Of a DNA stretch of 64,000 bases, positions 60,084-64,000 are shown piece by piece. Source of the stretch: an uncultured Desulfospira sp. GTDB taxonomy: Bacteria; Desulfobacterota; Desulfobacteria; Desulfobacterales; Desulfobacteraceae. How positions within the stretch are numbered: the stretch's first letter is position 1; every line of letters begins with the position of its first letter. The DNA lies in assembly GCA_963663165.1 (NCBI GenBank), contig OY760175.1, positions 1,440,001-1,504,000 of the forward strand, read 5' to 3'. The translations under genes were made by a program, and so were the position numbers. The notes below the pieces were generated by a model. That model did not search any database. It saw only the letters and a list, made by a program, of their open reading frames with translations, and was not told the origin of the DNA.

Positions 60084-61757
60084 ATGGAAGAAGACAGCAA
60101 AAAAGGACATTTCATAGAGTCCATTATCAGACAGGACATTGCAGCCAATAAAAATGACGGCAAAGTGGTTACCCGGTTTCCGCCGGAACCCAACGGGTAT
60201 CTTCACATCGGCCACGCCAAGTCCATCTGCCTGAATTTCGGCATGGCCGGCAAGTTCAACGGCAAATGCAACCTGCGGTTTGACGATTCAAACCCGGCCA
60301 AAGAAAAACAGGTCTATATTGATTCCATTAAATCCACCGTTGAATGGCTCGGGTTCGAATACGGAAGCCCCCTGTATGCCTCAGACTATTTTGACCGGCT
60401 TTATGAATTTGCCCTTGAACTGATCAAAAAGGGCAAGGCTTACGTATGCAGCCTGTCTGCAGATGAAATCCGGGAATACCGGGGCACCCTGACCGAACCG
60501 GGCAAAGACAGCCCCTACCGGGACAGAACCGTGGAAGAGAACATGGACCTGTTCCTTCGCATGAAAAACGGGGAGTTCGGGGAGGGCGAACACACCTTAA
60601 GGGCCAAAATCGACATGGCCTCTCCCAACATCAACATGAGGGATCCCATCATCTACCGGGTCAAAAAGGCCCCCCATCCCCGGACCGGGGACCAGTGGTG
60701 CATTTATCCCATGTATGATTTCACCCATTGCCTGTCCGATGCCTTAGAGGGGATTACCCACTCTTTGTGTTCCCTGGAATTTGAAGACCACCGGCCCCTT
60801 TACGACTGGATCATTGACCAGCTCGATACCCCCTGCCACCCTCAGCAGATCGAGTTTGCCCGGATGAACATCAACTATACCGTGTTAAGCAAACGCAAAC
60901 TTCAGCGCCTGGTGGAACAGGAAATCGTTTCCGGATGGGACGACCCGAGGCTGCCCACCTTGGAAGGCATGAGAAGACGGGGGTACACCCCGGCCTCCCT
61001 CAGGAATTTCTGTGAGCTGATCGGGGTGTCCAAAAAGGAGAGCCGCATTGACATGGGCCTTCTGGAATCCTGCCTCAGGGATGATTTAAATGAGACCGCC
61101 CCCCGGGCGATGGCCGTCCTTCGCCCCCTGAAGGTGACCATTGAAAACTACCCTGAAGACCAGACCGAAACCATGGAGGCCATGAACCATCCCCAGAAAC
61201 CCGAATTCGGAAAACGCAACTTGACCTTTTCCCGGGAACTGTGGGTGGAACGCGATGACTTCATGGAAAATCCCCCCAAAAAGTTCTTCCGCCTGGGACC
61301 GGGCCGGGAGGTCCGGCTGCGGTACGCTTATCTCATTACCTGCAAAGAGGTGATCAAGGACGACGCCGGAAACGTTGTTGAGCTGATCTGCACCTATGAC
61401 CCTGAAACAAAAGGCGGCAACGCCCCTGACGGCCGAAAGGTCAAAGGAACCATCCACTGGGTCAATGCCAGGGACTGCATGGATGCCGAGGTCAGGCTCT
61501 ATGACCGGCTGTTCCGGGATGAAGACCCGGAACAGGGCAAGCAGGACTTTATCGACAATCTGAACCCCGACTCTCTTGAAATCTTAAAGGGATGCAAGCT
61601 GGAAAAAAGCCTTGGTGCCGCAGCGCCTGAAAAGGTGTTCCAGTTTGAGCGTCTGGGGTATTTCTGCCTGGATTCTAAAGACGCCACCAAAGATGCCCCG
61701 GTCTTTAACCGGACCGTGACCCTGCGGGACACCTGGGCCAAGGTGGCCCGTAAATAA
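60084..61757 (+). CDS. glnS: Glutamine--tRNA ligase
   Basis: [32 protein letters not shown]. Confidence 0.96.
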   Translation: MEEDSKKGHFIESIIRQDIAANKNDGKVVTRFPPEPNGYLHIGHAKSICLNFGMAGKFNGKCNLRFDDSNPAKEKQVYIDSIKSTVEWLGFEYGSPLYASDYFDRLYEFALELIKKGKAYVCSLSADEIREYRGTLTEPGKDSPYRDRTVEENMDLFLRMKNGEFGEGEHTLRAKIDMASPNINMRDPIIYRVKKAPHPRTGDQWCIYPMYDFTHCLSDALEGITHSLCSLEFEDHRPLYDWIIDQLDTPCHPQQIEFARMNINYTVLSKRKLQRLVEQEIVSGWDDPRLPTLEGMRRRGYTPASLRNFCELIGVSKKESRIDMGLLESCLRDDLNETAPRAMAVLRPLKVTIENYPEDQTETMEAMNHPQKPEFGKRNLTFSRELWVERDDFMENPPKKFFRLGPGREVRLRYAYLITCKEVIKDDAGNVVELICTYDPETKGGNAPDGRKVKGTIHWVNARDCMDAEVRLYDRLFRDEDPEQGKQDFIDNLNPDSLEILKGCKLEKSLGAAAPEKVFQFERLGYFCLDSKDATKDAPVFNRTVTLRDTWAKVARK

Positions 61758-61766
61758 GCGATCTTA

Positions 61767-61844
61767 GTGGACCTGGAGGACGAAGTGGACCCTGTGACTG
61801 CAGCGCACCGGGTCCACGCTGTTCACAACGTCAAAACTGTTCAC
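61767..61844. repeat. 9-bp periodic inverted pair (GTGGAC/GTCCAC)
   Basis: gtggacctggaggacgaagtggac ... gtccacgctgttcacaacgtcaaaactgttcac. Confidence 0.7.
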
Positions 61845-61882
61845 AATTCCAGCGGTATGGCAAGCCCACCCCCATTTATCTG

Positions 61883-62647
61883 TCATTTAAATTCCGATAA
61901 TGAGGTGTGGAGAATTTCTTGATATTCTCCGCTTTCTTTCATGGCATTTAAGGTTTCATTAAATTGATGCAATAACGCCGTCTGATTCATTATCTTAGGA
62001 AAAATGAGGTGGGTTGCGTTGGTGGCAACACATCCGGGAAGCTCAATGATGTGGTTCTTAAATCTGTCTTCTGACAGCAGCCTTCTGCCGCTGTCTTTAA
62101 TGGCAATGGCACAGTCGATTCGTCTGAAAAACAACTTCTGGAAATTTTGTTCATCACTGCCGGCTTCTTCCACCATAAAAAATTGTTTTTGTTGATAGGT
62201 ATCAAACTCATGCCCGTAACTCCATCCCCGGATAGCCCCAATTCTCTTGTCTTTTAACCCATTGAGATTTCCAGACAGCCCTTTATTGTCTTTATGTGAG
62301 AAAAACACCAGATCCTCCTGGAACAGGACATCGGAATAATCATATTTCTGAAGCCTTTCCGCAGTTTTATAAATACCGGCGATGCCGGAAAGCCCCATAT
62401 CCGCATTTCGAAGGGCCCGTTTCCATGGCAACGCGGTTATCTCAACCGGTGTTCCCATATGGTGAAAAACGGCGTAAACAAGATCCGGATACAATCCGCC
62501 GGCACGGCCGCCATGGTTAAACATGAATGGGGGATTCCCCTCATCAACGGTGATAAGGATCGGTTCCTCTCCAAACGCCAGGGAATAACTGACCAATAAA
62601 AATGCGACCATTACGATGCATCTTTTCATCATCATCCTCATCTGCAC
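61883..62647 (-). CDS. Periplasmic substrate-binding protein (family 3-like); start may be a few codons later
   Basis: Signal peptide, NPPFMF, LPWKRA, TAER, GAIRGWSYG. Confidence 0.85.
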   Translation of the reverse strand: MQMRMMMKRCIVMVAFLLVSYSLAFGEEPILITVDEGNPPFMFNHGGRAGGLYPDLVYAVFHHMGTPVEITALPWKRALRNADMGLSGIAGIYKTAERLQKYDYSDVLFQEDLVFFSHKDNKGLSGNLNGLKDKRIGAIRGWSYGHEFDTYQQKQFFMVEEAGSDEQNFQKLFFRRIDCAIAIKDSGRRLLSEDRFKNHIIELPGCVATNATHLIFPKIMNQTALLHQFNETLNAMKESGEYQEILHTSLSEFK

Positions 62648-62747
62648 CGATTTAATATTGTTAGATATTATTGTCGCCAGAGCATCAGAATGTCAAACAA
62701 AAAGAAACCGCATTTTCAACGGCGTGGATGAATGTAAAGGAAAAGCG

Positions 62748-63410
62748 TCAGGCCGGCCGGGTTACCATCACCCAGAACCCGGTATCGTCATCAATCACCT
62801 GATATGTTTTCCAGTCCAGCTGCTCAAACATCAGGTCAAACCGCCGGTGGGCTTCGGTATCGCCTTCTTTTTTGGCATAGCAGTTCCAGTTGGGATCTAC
62901 CTTGGCCATATCTTTAATCACCTGTTCCCTAAGGGCAAGGCTGCCGAATCCGCCGCCGATATAGGTAGCGCCGCCCGGTGCCAGGATCCGGATGATTTCA
63001 GCAAAGGCGGTTTTCAGATCGTCCCAGAAAAACATGGAGCCCCGGCTGATGATCAGATCAAAGCTCTGGTCCTCAAAGGGCATGTCGTGAACGTCACCAA
63101 AGGCGGTGCTGATCCTGTTTTCCAGCTTTGCCTCACAGATATTGGCCTCGGCAATTTCCTGGGCGCCTTCTGAAAAATCAAAGGCGGTCACCGACATATC
63201 AGGGACGGCCCGGGCCAAGGCCATGGCCATCATGGCAGGACCGGTGCCCAGATCCAGGCATTTGCCCCGGCAGATGCCGGTGATATCTAAAACGTTTTGA
63301 ACAATTACCGGATATATGGGCTTAAACACGGTTTTGGCAATTTTATCCATATGCAGGGCACTGTCTTTGTTAAATGTGGGTTTCCGGGTCTGGGTCCAGT
63401 TTCTGGTCAT
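62748..63410 (-). CDS. Class I SAM-dependent methyltransferase
   Basis: LDLGTGPA, GDVHDMPF, FDLIISRGS, RILAPGG; SD GGAGGTG before MTRNW. Confidence 0.9.
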   Translation of the reverse strand: MTRNWTQTRKPTFNKDSALHMDKIAKTVFKPIYPVIVQNVLDITGICRGKCLDLGTGPAMMAMALARAVPDMSVTAFDFSEGAQEIAEANICEAKLENRISTAFGDVHDMPFEDQSFDLIISRGSMFFWDDLKTAFAEIIRILAPGGATYIGGGFGSLALREQVIKDMAKVDPNWNCYAKKEGDTEAHRRFDLMFEQLDWKTYQVIDDDTGFWVMVTRPA

Positions 63411-64000
63411 GATGTTTTTTTCACCTCCCATGGGAATTGCGGCAGCCGGCTGCTGGTAAAGGGCTGGCCGTAAAATATGTTATAAAAATCTTCGGCCTCT
63501 GATTCAAGGTCGAAATGAAAGACGGCCGGCCGCATGGTGTTGGCCACGGCCATGAGCCCTAAAATCCAGTCCGGGTTGGTGGAACAGCGAAAAGGGTAAA
63601 GGGAAAAGATCTGCCCGTTCCGGACAGCCGGTACATCAAGGCCATTTTCAAGGCAATAGGCCATAACGTCTTGTTTGGGCCAGGCCACGGCGTCAGAAAC
63701 GATCATGACATCCGGGGCCAGTTTATTGAACTCCTCCCGGGAAATCATCATCCCGGGCCGGCTTTCCCGCCGGATGAGCCGGTTGGTTAAAAATCCGCCG
63801 CCCCTTTCGGCCAGACAGGCCTCCATCTTGTCATCAAACACGGCGATCAGGGGATGGCCCAGGGAACAGTAAACCCTTGGCCGGTCACCCGGCTGTGCTG
63901 CCGCAACAATTGAATCCATCCGGGACCGGACAACCTCCCGGTACAGCAACGCCCGGTTTTCCAGGCCGGTCTGTGCCCCGAAAAAATCCATGGTATCAAA
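63407..64000 (-). CDS. C-terminal part of a protein with a helical-backbone (Fe/cobalamin-type) substrate-binding-like domain; 5' end outside the window
   Basis: RPRVY, EEFNKLAPDVMIV, VPAVRNGQIF, PDWILGL; frame open to the window edge. Confidence 0.55.
   Translation of the reverse strand, partial: FDTMDFFGAQTGLENRALLYREVVRSRMDSIVAAAQPGDRPRVYCSLGHPLIAVFDDKMEACLAERGGGFLTNRLIRRESRPGMMISREEFNKLAPDVMIVSDAVAWPKQDVMAYCLENGLDVPAVRNGQIFSLYPFRCSTNPDWILGLMAVANTMRPAVFHFDLESEAEDFYNIFYGQPFTSSRLPQFPWEVKKTS

Noticed and set aside
1..64000. tRNA, rRNA or known riboswitches
   Set aside because: None recognised by eye; a covariance-model scan would be needed to exclude them, especially in the csp and acs leaders.

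Overview
Chromosomal window that looks deltaproteobacterial. A Desulfobacteraceae-like sulfate reducer is inferred from the separate F0 atpZIBE operon, the XrtA/PEP-CTERM locus and the repeat style. 1-19.9 kb (minus strand) is an exosortase A / PEP-CTERM exopolysaccharide locus: PrsT-like TPR protein, a sigma54-driven PEP-CTERM protein, Wzz/Wzc, tyrosine kinase, sugar transferase, Wza-like exporter, beta-barrel, EpsI, XrtA, Ugd, deacetylase, FemAB-like protein and AsnB. Inserted in it are an ISAzo13-family IS, a four-helix-bundle gene and a decayed MNT-HEPN pair. The rest is mostly housekeeping and metabolism: pepN, csp, peptide ABC parts, motAB-PilZ-dinB, acs-prpE-SSS transporter-sensor/exonuclease-LemA-DUF294, nfo, mutS, amidase, crt, paaK, histidine kinase, Zn-ribbon ParA, atpZIBE, pgeF, rfaE2 and glnS. 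The most striking unannotated structure is a window-wide set of 7-, 8- and 9-bp periodic repeat arms at gene junctions. They come as inverted pairs, purine-rich arm first, that enclose a full cargo gene (four-helix bundle), apparent internally deleted cargo remnants, or nothing. This suggests an undescribed repeat-bracketed cassette system. A second candidate system is the acetate-linked membrane HAMP-PAS-DEDDh nuclease plus a stand-alone DUF294 nucleotidyltransferase. All calls come from reading motifs by eye; no database searches were run.
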